The notes beneath the pieces were generated by a model. The model ran no database searches and was not told where the DNA came from. It saw only the letters and a program-made list of their open reading frames with translations. Shown here piece by piece: positions 23,925 to 33,289 of a stretch of DNA of 42,495 nucleotides. Positions within the stretch are counted from its first letter, which is position 1, and each line of letters opens with the position of its first letter. The position numbers were made by a program, and so were the translations under genes. The DNA is taken from the IMG/VR virus record IMGVR_UViG_3300045988_027069; one strand, given 5' to 3'. This DNA is from a virus.

Positions 23925-24380
23925 TCACAGATGGATGAACGGGGCCGTCATTTTCGGCATGTTCGTCCGGTTGTAAAAATCCTGATACGCCGTGTAGTAG
24001 GCGTTGTACTTGGTCATTGCGTTGTTGTACCGCGTCATTTCTCCGTTCGCGTCGGAGATCTTCATTTCCAGATACCAGCGGTATATCTCGTCATACGGCC
24101 ACGGAATGCGCAGCTTCGTGTCGAGATCGACCGTTTCCGGGTACCCCTCGAACGTCTGTTCGTTTGGCTTCTCCTGCGGCACACAGCCGCACCATTCGCG
24201 GTCGAGCGGATCGCGCGTCCGCACCCACGGCTCGCAGACCGGATTCCCGCTTCCATGTGTTTTTTCTATTTCCAGATAGACTACGCCGTCCAGCTCGCTG
24301 AGCCAGCGCACCTTATCGATGTTCTCATATTGATTTGGCGTGAGCCGGTCAACGGCTTCAATCGCCTCTCGGATGGTCAT
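23925..24380 (-). CDS. Head-tail connector-like protein (151 aa)
   Basis: SD AAGGAGG lies before ATG 24380. The call rests on its position after the capsid cluster. No diagnostic motif. Confidence 0.55.
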   Translation of the reverse strand: MTIREAIEAVDRLTPNQYENIDKVRWLSELDGVVYLEIEKTHGSGNPVCEPWVRTRDPLDREWCGCVPQEKPNEQTFEGYPETVDLDTKLRIPWPYDEIYRWYLEMKISDANGEMTRYNNAMTKYNAYYTAYQDFYNRTNMPKMTAPFIHL

Positions 24381-24442
24381 GCTCACTGCCTCCTTTTCAT
24401 TTTCCGTATTCGATAAAAGGGCCGCTTGCGCGGCCCTCTTTA

Positions 24443-24754
24443 TCACTGCTGCTGCATTTCGTGGACGCGCTCAAAGAGCTCCGTCTCCTGCATCTGTGCG
24501 TGCTCCAGCACCTCGGCCACCGCCAGCGGCACCTCCACGGGCTTACCGCGCGGCACCTGATATGCCTTACCGTTGATGCAGACAAATTCGAACTGCTGCT
24601 CTGTCTCCGATGCGCGCGGCAGGAAGATGTTCTTCGTTGCCTGCGCTTCGGCCTTGGTTTCTACCTCTGCCATTTCGGCCTTGGTTTCTACCTCTGCCAT
24701 TTCGGTCTTGGTTTCTACCTCTGCCATTTCGGTCTTGGTTTTTACCTCTGCCAT
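24443..24754 (-). CDS. Small head-associated protein (103 aa) with an N-terminal MAEVETKTE x4 repeat
   Basis: SD AAGGAGGT. The C-terminal part FEFVCINGKAYQVPRGKPVEVPLAVAEVL is a block I associate with genes that follow N4-gp56-type capsid genes. Confidence 0.7.
   Translation of the reverse strand: MAEVKTKTEMAEVETKTEMAEVETKAEMAEVETKAEAQATKNIFLPRASETEQQFEFVCINGKAYQVPRGKPVEVPLAVAEVLEHAQMQETELFERVHEMQQQ
24648..24754 (-). repeat. 27-bp tandem repeat x4
   Basis: tcggccttggtttctacctctgccatt units at 24648, 24675, 24702 and 24729. Each encodes an in-frame Met. Confidence 0.9.
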
Positions 24755-24765
24755 GCTGTACCTCC

Positions 24766-25869
24766 TTAGTTGGCCTCGTCCGTGCCGGAGTACTCCGACA
24801 GGCTCTCCACGCGGACCATGCGATCCTGATAGAGGATCTTCGTCGCGGTGGAGAACTTATAGCCGAGCGTGCTGAACTGGTTCAGCGGGCCGCCCGCCTG
24901 CTCCTTGCTCTTGACGATCATTTCCAGACCGCCGCCCTCCGGATCGATCATGCCGAAGGCGTCCTTGCCGAGGAAGAGCGTGGAATACACGCTGTAGTAG
25001 GTCGCCGCAGGCGTACCGCCCGTACCGGCTGCCGTCTTGACGGGGCAGGTGTTGTTGTTCCAGATCTTCGCCTCGGTCGTCTCGATGAAGCGAACGCCGT
25101 GCAGCTCGCCGATCTCGCCGGTAAACAGCGGCGTGACCGCCGCATACTTGTGCGCCTCAATCCACTCCTTGTTCTCGCGCAGGTCATAGGAGACCGACGG
25201 ATGGATGATCGCAACGTACTTGCCGTTGATCGTCGGCGCCTTGAGCTTTTTCAGCGTGGTCACGGCCTTGTTGACCTCGGTCGGGGTCAGCTTGGACGTG
25301 GTGTCCATGCCCGCTCTGGTATCGACGGCGGTATGCGCGCCCGCCGTGCTCACCTTGTCGCAGTACTGGACGGTCTGTCCAGCTGCGAGGGTGTCCCGCA
25401 CAAGCTTGTCCTGCGTGGTGCCCGCCGAAGCGCCCAGCTCCTCGGTCGCGTTGAGGATCACGTTGTCGATGGCGTGCAGCTCCAGCTGATCGGATACCGT
25501 CAGGTAGGTGCCGTACTGCAGGATGCTTGCCGTCATGCTCGACTGTCCGAACTTCTGGCCGGTCGGGATGACGCCCTCGGTCAGTGCCGAAGCGTCCGCG
25601 AGGGTGTTGAACTTGCGCCATTCGACCTTCTTGCCTCTGCCCTTCGGCAGCGGCTGCTTCCTGGCGAACTGCGCGTGGATCAGATTCGGACGCGCGTTTT
25701 CCAGCAGCTCCGTGTCGTAGTAGGTCTTCATCAGCGACGACAGGTCGTTGGGCGCTGCGAACGCCGTGGTCGAGCCGTCGTATGCGTTTACATAGTTCTG
25801 CGTGGTGTTGACCAGCGTACCGGCGTCCGGTGCGTGGCATACCTGCATGATCTCAGAAAGTGTCTTCAA
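24766..25869 (-). CDS. Major capsid protein, N4-gp56-like family
   Basis: YYDTELLENARPNLIHAQFARKQPLPKGRGKKVEWRKF...ALTEGVIPTG...QYGTYLTVSD matches my memory of the N4-gp56 capsid family. TTG start with SD GGGAAGGGAG. Confidence 0.8.
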   Translation of the reverse strand: MKTLSEIMQVCHAPDAGTLVNTTQNYVNAYDGSTTAFAAPNDLSSLMKTYYDTELLENARPNLIHAQFARKQPLPKGRGKKVEWRKFNTLADASALTEGVIPTGQKFGQSSMTASILQYGTYLTVSDQLELHAIDNVILNATEELGASAGTTQDKLVRDTLAAGQTVQYCDKVSTAGAHTAVDTRAGMDTTSKLTPTEVNKAVTTLKKLKAPTINGKYVAIIHPSVSYDLRENKEWIEAHKYAAVTPLFTGEIGELHGVRFIETTEAKIWNNNTCPVKTAAGTGGTPAATYYSVYSTLFLGKDAFGMIDPEGGGLEMIVKSKEQAGGPLNQFSTLGYKFSTATKILYQDRMVRVESLSEYSGTDEAN

Positions 25870-25900
25870 AATTTAGCTCCCTTCCCGGGGCTAAAGATGC

Positions 25901-26806
25901 TTAGAAGGTGATCTTCTCGCCCCGATTGACTCGTGCGCGAATTTCGTCGCGCTGTTGTTTCGTGAGCTTTCGAGGGTCAAACTGTACGGGCATGCCGTTT
26001 CCTGCGTTGGCCGCGCCCTCCGGAGGACGCATCCCGTTCGCCTGGATACCGGCTACGATCTGCTGCTGTGTTGCCTGCGCGACGGCGCGCGTCCGCGCTG
26101 CCGCCAGCTCCGCCTTGTGGACGACCTCATAGGCCGTCAGCGCCGGGACGCCGTTGGAGACCAGCCGCCCAAAGTCCGGGTTTGCCAGCTCCTGCGACAG
26201 ATCCGCCTGCGGGTACATCGCCTGCACCTCCGCGAACTGCCCGACGATGCGGTCGAATTCCGCCCGCCGCTGCATTTCGCCCTGCGCCGCTGCGTTCTCG
26301 CGCTGGAGCGCGGCGTTCTGCCGCTCCAACTGCTTCGTGTGCATCAGCGTTTCCAGCGGGATGCCCTTCTCCATGGCCTCGGCCTCGTAAAGCCGCTTGT
26401 CGTCGGTCAGCTTTCTGGTCAGCGCGTCATAGTCGATCTTGTCCGGATCGGAGACGTCGATGCCGTACTGCTGGCCCAGCACATCGAGGATGGGGGAGAA
26501 CTTGCTGATCGTTGCCTTCGAGTTCTTGAGGCGTTCCATAACTGCCTCTTTTACTTTCCGGCCATACTCTGCCTTGTACTTGCCCTTGATGAGACTCTCG
26601 AAAGTTTCTTCCTGCTGCACCTGAGCGCCGGGTGCGGTCTGCGCGGCTGCGGCGGGGCCGGGGGCTCCTTCCGGGCCGTTTGGACAACCGGTCGTGCCTA
26701 CAAGGGCTGTGGCCGGACTGCTCGTGTTCGGCTGGGCGTTGGCCGTCATACCGCCCATGCCGCCAGCGTCGGCGGCGAAAAATGGGATAAACGATTTGTA
26801 AAACAT
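25901..26806 (-). CDS. Scaffolding protein (301 aa)
   Basis: Lies between the portal and capsid genes. Ala/Gln/Glu-rich helical sequence. SD AAAGGAA. Confidence 0.65.
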   Translation of the reverse strand: MFYKSFIPFFAADAGGMGGMTANAQPNTSSPATALVGTTGCPNGPEGAPGPAAAAQTAPGAQVQQEETFESLIKGKYKAEYGRKVKEAVMERLKNSKATISKFSPILDVLGQQYGIDVSDPDKIDYDALTRKLTDDKRLYEAEAMEKGIPLETLMHTKQLERQNAALQRENAAAQGEMQRRAEFDRIVGQFAEVQAMYPQADLSQELANPDFGRLVSNGVPALTAYEVVHKAELAAARTRAVAQATQQQIVAGIQANGMRPPEGAANAGNGMPVQFDPRKLTKQQRDEIRARVNRGEKITF

Positions 26807-26887
26807 ATAGTTCCTTTCAGCCCGTCGGTGGGCGATCCCTTGAATTTATCTCGTCGCGCTGTGCGCGGTCGATACGTTTTCTTCCGG

Positions 26888-28771
26888 TCAATCCGGCTGT
26901 GTGCTCTTCTGCGACTGCTCCCGCGCATCCGTCACGGTCTTTGCCTCCGTGCCCGCTTCTTCGCCGGGCATTTCTGCCTTTGCGTTTCCGGCCGCCGGAG
27001 CCTGCGCCTGCGCATCCGCGCCAAGGATCTGCTGTGCCAGCCCGTCCGCCATGGCCGGGTCGAAGCGCTCCGCCAGTGCCAGCGCCATCTGCTGCCAGCT
27101 GGCCAGCTCCTGCTGGAGCGTTCCGTTCTGTGCGATCTTCTGGCTGATCTCGTCCTTGCCGTCAAAGTCCATCATGTCGAGCGTCGCCAGCGCCTGATCC
27201 GCCCTTGTCGGGTCGAAGAATCCGAGCTGATAGAATTGCAGCGCCAGTTCGTTCTGGCTGAGCCTCGTATACTCGGAGGATTTCTGCGCCGATACCTCGA
27301 TATCGAATACCGGCTTGCGCCATGTCACGTCTCCGCCAAGGCCCAGCAGCTCCTGCTGCTTGAGATTCTGGTTCGAGTAGGTTACATATTCCTCCGTCCC
27401 GAGCTGGCCCCGGATGCGGAACTTGCGCGGCAGATCGTAGAACTGCCGTATCCGCTCGATCACCATGCGGATGAGCCGCGCGTATGCCCGGTATGCCGAG
27501 CGTGTCGCGTCCTTGGAGCTGCGCCCGGACGCCTCCTGCAAGGCGGCAATGGCGCTGGCCGCCGTCACGCCGGAGCTTACCGAGCCGTTGTTGACGTCCG
27601 TGTTGCCGGTCGTCCATTTCAGCTCCTCGATCTTGTTCTGAATGACGTTTATGTAGTTTGCCGACAGGGGACTGACCGTGATCGGCATCACCGAGTCCTG
27701 TCCCAGATTGCCGTCCGCGTGGACGAACGGCTTTCGCCAGTCGGCGTATTCCTTTTCGTTGATACTTCCGTCGCTGCGGATGAACCAGCGCGGCGTGGAC
27801 GCCATCACGGAGTTTTTCAGGATCGCCTGATTGAGCAGGTCGATCTGCTCCTGTGCGCTCTTGCCGATGTCGATATAGCCGTATCCGGCAATCGATCCCT
27901 TCACCGGGAAGAGCGCGTCGATCACGAACGGATAATCTCCGTCCTCGTAAAGCCCGCTCTGCATATTCGGATCGTTCTCGGTTGCAGAAAGCACCGTCTC
28001 GCCCACGAATTTGCAGAAGTGGAGCACGCTCTTTCCGTTCTCGATCTTCTTGTAGTACCAGTCCACCACGAGCGATTTGTCCGTCGTATCCACCTGATCG
28101 TCCGTTTCGTACTTGCTGACAAAGGTGTTGTCGCTGCGCAGCGTGTCGCCGACCTGCGGATACCGCTGCTTGAGCACGTCGTTGTCCACCAGCTCCGCGT
28201 AGAAAAGGTTTTTGCTCTTCTGAATGTCGGTCACGCCCGGCTCCCAGAAGAGGTTGAGCAGATCGATCTCCCGGATGGATACATCCCCGAGTCCGTTGAG
28301 CTTGGAGCTGTCCCAGAACACGCCCCATGCCAGCGTTCCCTGCTTCATCTTCGTCCAGCATGAGTCGGAATACGTCTCCTCGAAGTCGTTCTGTTCGAGG
28401 ATCACCGGCACAATGCTGGTGAGCATCGCCGCCTCGGAGCGGTCGTCCGGCTCTCTTGGCCGGATGGCAGGCTCCGGAAACGCCGCCACGGCGTCCGCGT
28501 GCTTGCCCATAATGACGTTGAAGAGCCACGCCGACCGCCACTGCGGGTCGTATGGATTCCCACTCGGACTCATTTCCTGCCAGTGCTGGAGCTTCCACCA
28601 CTGCTCGCAGGCGACGAGCCGATTTTCAAGCGCCTTCTTTCCGGACTTGTACTTGGTCAGCGTATCCATAGCCGTCCGGATCTGCGCCACGCCGATGGGC
28701 TGCATCGTTTCGCCCGCTTCAATGTCGCCCAGCACGTCCTGTATCGTCGTCATGTTCGTGTTTTCGTCCAT
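26888..28771 (-). CDS. Portal protein (627 aa)
   Basis: Size and position, N-terminal KYKSGKKALENRLVACEQWWKLQHW block, and an acidic/Ala-rich C-terminus. SD AAAGGAGAG. Confidence 0.8.
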   Translation of the reverse strand: MDENTNMTTIQDVLGDIEAGETMQPIGVAQIRTAMDTLTKYKSGKKALENRLVACEQWWKLQHWQEMSPSGNPYDPQWRSAWLFNVIMGKHADAVAAFPEPAIRPREPDDRSEAAMLTSIVPVILEQNDFEETYSDSCWTKMKQGTLAWGVFWDSSKLNGLGDVSIREIDLLNLFWEPGVTDIQKSKNLFYAELVDNDVLKQRYPQVGDTLRSDNTFVSKYETDDQVDTTDKSLVVDWYYKKIENGKSVLHFCKFVGETVLSATENDPNMQSGLYEDGDYPFVIDALFPVKGSIAGYGYIDIGKSAQEQIDLLNQAILKNSVMASTPRWFIRSDGSINEKEYADWRKPFVHADGNLGQDSVMPITVSPLSANYINVIQNKIEELKWTTGNTDVNNGSVSSGVTAASAIAALQEASGRSSKDATRSAYRAYARLIRMVIERIRQFYDLPRKFRIRGQLGTEEYVTYSNQNLKQQELLGLGGDVTWRKPVFDIEVSAQKSSEYTRLSQNELALQFYQLGFFDPTRADQALATLDMMDFDGKDEISQKIAQNGTLQQELASWQQMALALAERFDPAMADGLAQQILGADAQAQAPAAGNAKAEMPGEEAGTEAKTVTDAREQSQKSTQPD

Positions 28772-28807
28772 GTTTCTCTCCTTTCGGTGTCCAAGTCTGA
28801 CACCGCG

Positions 28808-30565
28808 TCAGGCGTCGCTTCCGGTTTCCAGAACGCGTCCGATGCTGTAGAGCTTAAACGGCCCTGTGCCGGTGATCTTGAATCGCAGATGGTCGCATCG
28901 CTGCGGGCGGATCGGCAGCAGGAACGTCCGCAGTCCGTGTCCGTCCATGTGTCCGGCGTGCCGGAACTCCCCGCAGGAGTCGTACTCGATCCAGAAGTCG
29001 CACGCGCTTCCGATCGGCAGCTGCATCCGCAGATTCAGCCGTGAGATGTATTTCTTCCCGACGAGGCCGCACGTCATGATCCCGGTCGTCGCCGACCACT
29101 GGATCTCCGGCTCGACATTTCCGCCGCCGGAGCCGTAGGCCGTGATAAGCATCCCGTTTACGTGGAGCATATAAAGCTCATCGTCGAGCGCGGCGAACTG
29201 CGTCACATGTAGTCCGTCCTCCCGGTGCCAAAGCCCCTTGAGCGTGTCATATACGAAAAGCTGCCATGCATCTTTGCTGTCCTGCATTGAGATGAAATAC
29301 TTCCCGCGCACGCCTCCGGCAGCCGCCTTGCGGTAAAGCTCCGGCCCGAAGGCGTCCGAGATCAGATAGGGGAGAGAGCCGTCATAGACGCACACGCCGT
29401 CCCGCGCCTTGTAATAGAGCTTATCGGCGATAACGGTCAGGCTCTGTTCGCTTCCGCGCTGCACGCCTCGGGCCTTGATCTCCTTTACCTGATGCGCGCC
29501 CTGCGCGCTCGGATAAATGCGGTGAAAGCAGTCCTCCTTGAAGAAGATCGGACTGTCTGCCAGCGTCGCGGCTCCTGTGAAGCGTCCGTCCGTGCCGCAG
29601 CTTGCGCGCCATGAGTCGGTCGAAATGCCCTGATAGCACTCCCAGTTCTTGAAATCGCCCAGCTTGCAGCAGTACAGCTCGTTGACGGTTTTCCCGTCGG
29701 ATACGCCGTACCGGCAGCCCCAGAGCCGGTTACCGCTCTCGGTGATGTAGTCCATCTTCGGCACACGCCGGGCGGCCTTGACCTCGCCGGTGCTCTGGCT
29801 CGCGTCCGCGTCCACGATCCCGACGATCACAAGGTAGTTGTCGCCGACGTCCTGCAAAACGTGGGAGCCGTTGAGCTTTTCGACCTGATTCGTCCCGTCG
29901 AGGCCGCTGATCTGCACGCCGTCATACTTCTTGAAGCCCGCTCCGATGCCGTTTGCCTCCAGCTTGACGTATACCGTCGGGATGCTCACCCACTGGCTCT
30001 GGACGGAGCTCCACTGTTTCAGCTCATGCTTTCCCGTGTCCAGCCAGTAGGCGTCGTTCGCGGCGTCCTCCGGCATCGCCTGCTGCCGGTATGTGATCGT
30101 GATAACGGCTCCGTCCACGGTGCAGACCTTGATGGAAAGCGCCGTCTGCGTGCAATCCACAAGGTTTTCATGGCCCATGTAGCCGTTGTCCGTGTAGTCC
30201 TCGGTGTTGAAATACCATCCGTCCGGGAAAACGCAGATGTACGCGCCCATGGATACCATCTGTTTTTCTCCCTCGGAGAGCAGCACCCCGCCCATGTAGG
30301 GGGACATGGACAGTGCGTTGTACCACAGCACGCCGTCCTCGATCCATGCCAGCGCGTCCTTTGCCAGCAGCCCCTGAATGCCGGAGAAATCGCCGACCAT
30401 TGCGCGGGCCGCGCGCTGAGACAGCAGGGGATAGTAATCCGAGGTGAGATTCTGCATCTCGTAGAATTCGCCGTCGGCAATGCGCAGGTTGTGGTTGTAG
30501 CCCGCGAAGGTCTCTGTCACCATCTGTTCCTGCGCAGGCGCGCTCAGTTCGGGGTATCGCATCAT
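28808..30565 (-). CDS. Large structural-module protein (585 aa) between TerL and portal, possibly beta-propeller-like
   Basis: SD GGAGGAAAG before ATGATG at 30565/30562. Repetitive YxxxDG / LYxxxxDG strands. No named family. Confidence 0.7.
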   Translation of the reverse strand: MMRYPELSAPAQEQMVTETFAGYNHNLRIADGEFYEMQNLTSDYYPLLSQRAARAMVGDFSGIQGLLAKDALAWIEDGVLWYNALSMSPYMGGVLLSEGEKQMVSMGAYICVFPDGWYFNTEDYTDNGYMGHENLVDCTQTALSIKVCTVDGAVITITYRQQAMPEDAANDAYWLDTGKHELKQWSSVQSQWVSIPTVYVKLEANGIGAGFKKYDGVQISGLDGTNQVEKLNGSHVLQDVGDNYLVIVGIVDADASQSTGEVKAARRVPKMDYITESGNRLWGCRYGVSDGKTVNELYCCKLGDFKNWECYQGISTDSWRASCGTDGRFTGAATLADSPIFFKEDCFHRIYPSAQGAHQVKEIKARGVQRGSEQSLTVIADKLYYKARDGVCVYDGSLPYLISDAFGPELYRKAAAGGVRGKYFISMQDSKDAWQLFVYDTLKGLWHREDGLHVTQFAALDDELYMLHVNGMLITAYGSGGGNVEPEIQWSATTGIMTCGLVGKKYISRLNLRMQLPIGSACDFWIEYDSCGEFRHAGHMDGHGLRTFLLPIRPQRCDHLRFKITGTGPFKLYSIGRVLETGSDA

Positions 30566-30777
30566 CTTTCCTCCATCATGTTCAGCGGATCGATCCACTG
30601 CGGCTTTTCCGGCACGGCCAGCATCGGCTTCACCGGCCTCGACATGCAGAAATACCGCCATTCGTCCGCGCAGTTGTGGGAGATCACGCCGCCTTGTATT
30701 ACAAAATCGTGCGTTTCCTCCACTTCCATGTTGTATACATCTGCGCATCCTGCACGCCTAACCGATTTGACCTTCAT
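30562..30777 (-). CDS. terL: Split-intein C-fragment (35 aa) fused to the TerL C-extein (36 aa)
   Basis: SD GGAGGAGGA lies 6 nt before ATG 30777. MKVKSVRRAGCADVYNMEVEETHDFVIQGGVISHN carries intein blocks F/G, then CADEWRYFCMSRP... carries the conserved TerL nuclease motif. Confidence 0.75.
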   Translation of the reverse strand: MKVKSVRRAGCADVYNMEVEETHDFVIQGGVISHNCADEWRYFCMSRPVKPMLAVPEKPQWIDPLNMMEER

Positions 30778-31538
30778 CCCGGATCCTCCTCCGCCGAAAT
30801 GCCGCCTTGCAGTTCGGCCCACAGAAATGATTCGAGCCTTGCGGGTAAACGAACTTGGTCTGATATGTCTTTCCGCAGAAGCTGCAAACGTATGTTTGAA
30901 CCTTCCGCTTTTCCCAATTTTCAAGCCCCAGCTTTGCGTGGAAGCCCCTTCCTGCATCCGAGCCGTGCCACACGCGGGCGGCCTCTCTGGCTGCACCGAT
31001 GCAGGCCGCGCTTTCTGCGCGCCTTTCCGGCGTGCTCATGTGCCCGCTCAAATGCTCGTGTCCTTCCAGCAGCTCAAGATTCGAAATGTCGTTGTTGCTC
31101 CGATCTCCGTCCTTGTGGTGAATGTGATATCCTTCCGGTATCTCTCCGTTGTGATACTCCCACACGGCTCTGTGGAGTCGGTGTCCCTTTCGCTGGAAAT
31201 ACGTTCCGCACAGGTAATACGTCACTCCGTCAAACTTCTGCGCCGTCGCGCTGATCTTCTGAATTTCCATATGTTTTTACCTCCATCCCTGCCGACAGAT
31301 CCCCGGCGCGTATCCAATCGCCGTTTGGAAGCATGAATCTGTGGTCATCGGTGCATTGAATGATCGTTCCGTCCTCCAACTCGATTTCCAGAAGCTCCGC
31401 GTCTTTTCGCGTTCTTCGCACATCTCCGTATCTGTGGAGCTGCCCGTCCGAGGACATCACCCGCCCCGTTGTCCCGACGAGGCTTTCCATCGTCCTGTAT
31501 CCATTTTCCGTGAGCACCAACGTGTCCCCCACGAGGCA
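30673..31538 (-). mobile_element. Intein/homing-endonuclease insertion in terL (IntN 31233-31538, HNH gene, IntC 30673-30777)
   Basis: The boundaries are set by Cys1 (TGC 31538..31536, after ...LEDH) and by the HN|C junction at 30673/30672. Confidence 0.75.
30758..31270 (-). CDS. Free-standing HNH homing endonuclease (170 aa)
   Basis: HIHHKDGDRSNNDISNLELLEGHEH is an HNH motif, and there is a C-terminal CxxC...CxxC zinc ribbon. It has its own SD GGAGGT 8 nt before ATG 31270, in a different frame from both intein halves. Confidence 0.85.
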   Translation of the reverse strand: MEIQKISATAQKFDGVTYYLCGTYFQRKGHRLHRAVWEYHNGEIPEGYHIHHKDGDRSNNDISNLELLEGHEHLSGHMSTPERRAESAACIGAAREAARVWHGSDAGRGFHAKLGLENWEKRKVQTYVCSFCGKTYQTKFVYPQGSNHFCGPNCKAAFRRRRIRDEGQIG

Positions 31539-32792
31539 ATGATCCTCAAGGCTCGTATCCAGATCTTCCGGCTTGTGTTCATCGTACATGAGCAGCGGGA
31601 TCGTCCGGAGGAACGCCTTGCAGGTGTTGAAAACGTACATACGCGGGTATCCGTTCTCGTCGAATTGCAGCCGGTAGTGGCATTGCATCCAGCCCGGAAT
31701 GCGTTTGTTGTCGCCCGGCGTGAAATATACGCGGTATCTGGCCGCTGTCTGCGCCACGCTTTCTCCGCGCGAAGCGTCCCAGATCGACGGGTCTGCCACT
31801 CCGGTGATCTGCTTTCCGGCCAGCCATGGATGCTCTCGCTCCATCTTCGCGATCTCCTGAAACTGCACGTCCGGCGACCACTTGACGCCGGTGTTCGGCT
31901 CGCGTGTGCATCCGTAAAGCTCCAGAATGCGGTAGATCACGCCGTCGTAATCGACGGCCCACCACGCGCAGGAGAACGGCTTCCCGTATCCGAAGTCGTA
32001 GCTCCGGCAGATCGTCCAGCCCGGATCGGGCGTGAACGGCTCGATCACATGGGTGTTCTGCCGTGTCTGATAGCCCTCCGGGTTGTTGATAAAATCCTCG
32101 AAGAACTGGCCCTCGTAAATGTCCCACCGGCCCTCCAGCCATGCCTGCCGGAGCTTTTCCGGCAGCTTTTGCAGCGTCTGGACGTACTCCGGCTGCGTCT
32201 CCATGAGCGCCTTGTTGTCGGTCACCAGCGCCTGGATGAACGTGTAGTTCTCCGGCTTTTCGCCTTCCTCAAAAATGCGATCGATGAACAGCCGCTTGAA
32301 ATATCCGTGGCTCTGACCGCCCGGATTGAGCGTGTAATAGGTGCGCTTCGGGAATCCGTTCGTACCGCGTACCGTGGTGTCGATGGCATCGAGCCACTCC
32401 TTTTTGAGCTGCGCGGCCTCGTCGATGAATACCACATCGTACTCCGCGCCCTGATACTGGAGCATATCGTTATCGTTTGCGCAGTAGCCGAACTTGATCG
32501 TCGAGCCGTTTCGGAATGTCAGGAGCTTCTTGTCCTGCGCATACCGCGCAACGCCGTTCAGCTCCTGCCTGAGCTGGTTGATGTGGTTGTTGAGCAGCTC
32601 CGGATACGTCCGGCGCACGATGAGGATCTTGATCCCCGGCCAGCTGAGCGCCAGCAGCTTCGACTTTGCGCGGACGGACCAGCTTTTTCCGCCGCCTCTG
32701 GCCCCTCCGTAGGCCACATAGCGCGTCAGCGCTTCCATGAAGCGCCTCTGCTTGTCGGAGATGCGCGAAAAGTCGAGCGTTACCTTCGCCAT
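31230..32792 (-). CDS. terL: Terminase large subunit N-extein (418 aa) fused to the split-intein N-fragment (102 aa)
   Basis: Walker A GGARGGGKS and Walker B VVFIDEA. After ...DTSLEDH comes CLVGDTLVLTENG (block A) and IQCTDDHRFMLPNGDWIRAGDL (block B), then a TGA stop. Confidence 0.85.
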   Translation of the reverse strand: MAKVTLDFSRISDKQRRFMEALTRYVAYGGARGGGKSWSVRAKSKLLALSWPGIKILIVRRTYPELLNNHINQLRQELNGVARYAQDKKLLTFRNGSTIKFGYCANDNDMLQYQGAEYDVVFIDEAAQLKKEWLDAIDTTVRGTNGFPKRTYYTLNPGGQSHGYFKRLFIDRIFEEGEKPENYTFIQALVTDNKALMETQPEYVQTLQKLPEKLRQAWLEGRWDIYEGQFFEDFINNPEGYQTRQNTHVIEPFTPDPGWTICRSYDFGYGKPFSCAWWAVDYDGVIYRILELYGCTREPNTGVKWSPDVQFQEIAKMEREHPWLAGKQITGVADPSIWDASRGESVAQTAARYRVYFTPGDNKRIPGWMQCHYRLQFDENGYPRMYVFNTCKAFLRTIPLLMYDEHKPEDLDTSLEDHCLVGDTLVLTENGYRTMESLVGTTGRVMSSDGQLHRYGDVRRTRKDAELLEIELEDGTIIQCTDDHRFMLPNGDWIRAGDLSAGMEVKTYGNSEDQRDGAEV

Positions 32793-33289
32793 TGCGCGAT
32801 CTCCTCCGGAAGTTCGATCTCCGTCTCCGTCGTACCGCCTGCCTTTTCATCCCATCCGAACTTTCGTTCCAGATGGAACTTTGCGCCGTTCGCGGCGGAG
32901 CTGTCGAGGCGCTGGATGTTGTAGATCTCGATTCGCGCCCCTGCGCGCGCGCAAGTCCTGGCGAATTCCTCCGATGTGCGCATCGCATCCCATTGCTTTT
33001 CGTCCAGGCCCAGCGCGCCCAGCAGCTCCGGCATGCACGGAGGCCGTATCCATATCTCGCGCATGAGCGGCTTTTTCCCGCGCATCACCGGCACGACCGC
33101 CGTCTGCGTGTGTCCGTATTTGTCGAGCGCGGGGCATTGCATCACGATCCGTTCTCCGTTTTTGATAAACTCCCGATCCTCCAGCACCGGCTCCGTCCTT
33201 GTCACCGGCTCCCTGTAGCAGATCGATGTGAAATACCGGTCGATCGCGGAGCGAAGCTCCCGCGCGCTCTTGTACACCTTTTCGTTCAG
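32780..33289 (-). CDS. terS: Terminase small subunit (about 169 aa), start uncertain (possible CTG)
   Basis: The N-terminal YKSARELRSAIDRYF block is typical of this TerS type. The only SD (AAGGAAGGGGG) lies 8 nt before CTG 33289. The track ORF extends to 33490 through a terminator. Confidence 0.65.
   Translation of the reverse strand: MNEKVYKSARELRSAIDRYFTSICYREPVTRTEPVLEDREFIKNGERIVMQCPALDKYGHTQTAVVPVMRGKKPLMREIWIRPPCMPELLGALGLDEKQWDAMRTSEEFARTCARAGARIEIYNIQRLDSSAANGAKFHLERKFGWDEKAGGTTETEIELPEEIAQWRR

Noticed and set aside
30562-31538. A single contiguous intein containing an in-frame HNH domain, with the frame changes being sequencing errors or decay
   Set aside because: Both frame changes coincide with a strong SD plus ATG at correct spacing (31284..31268 and 30792..30775). 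IntN ends at a split-intein-like length. This alternative cannot be fully excluded without reads, so it is listed as the refutation test.
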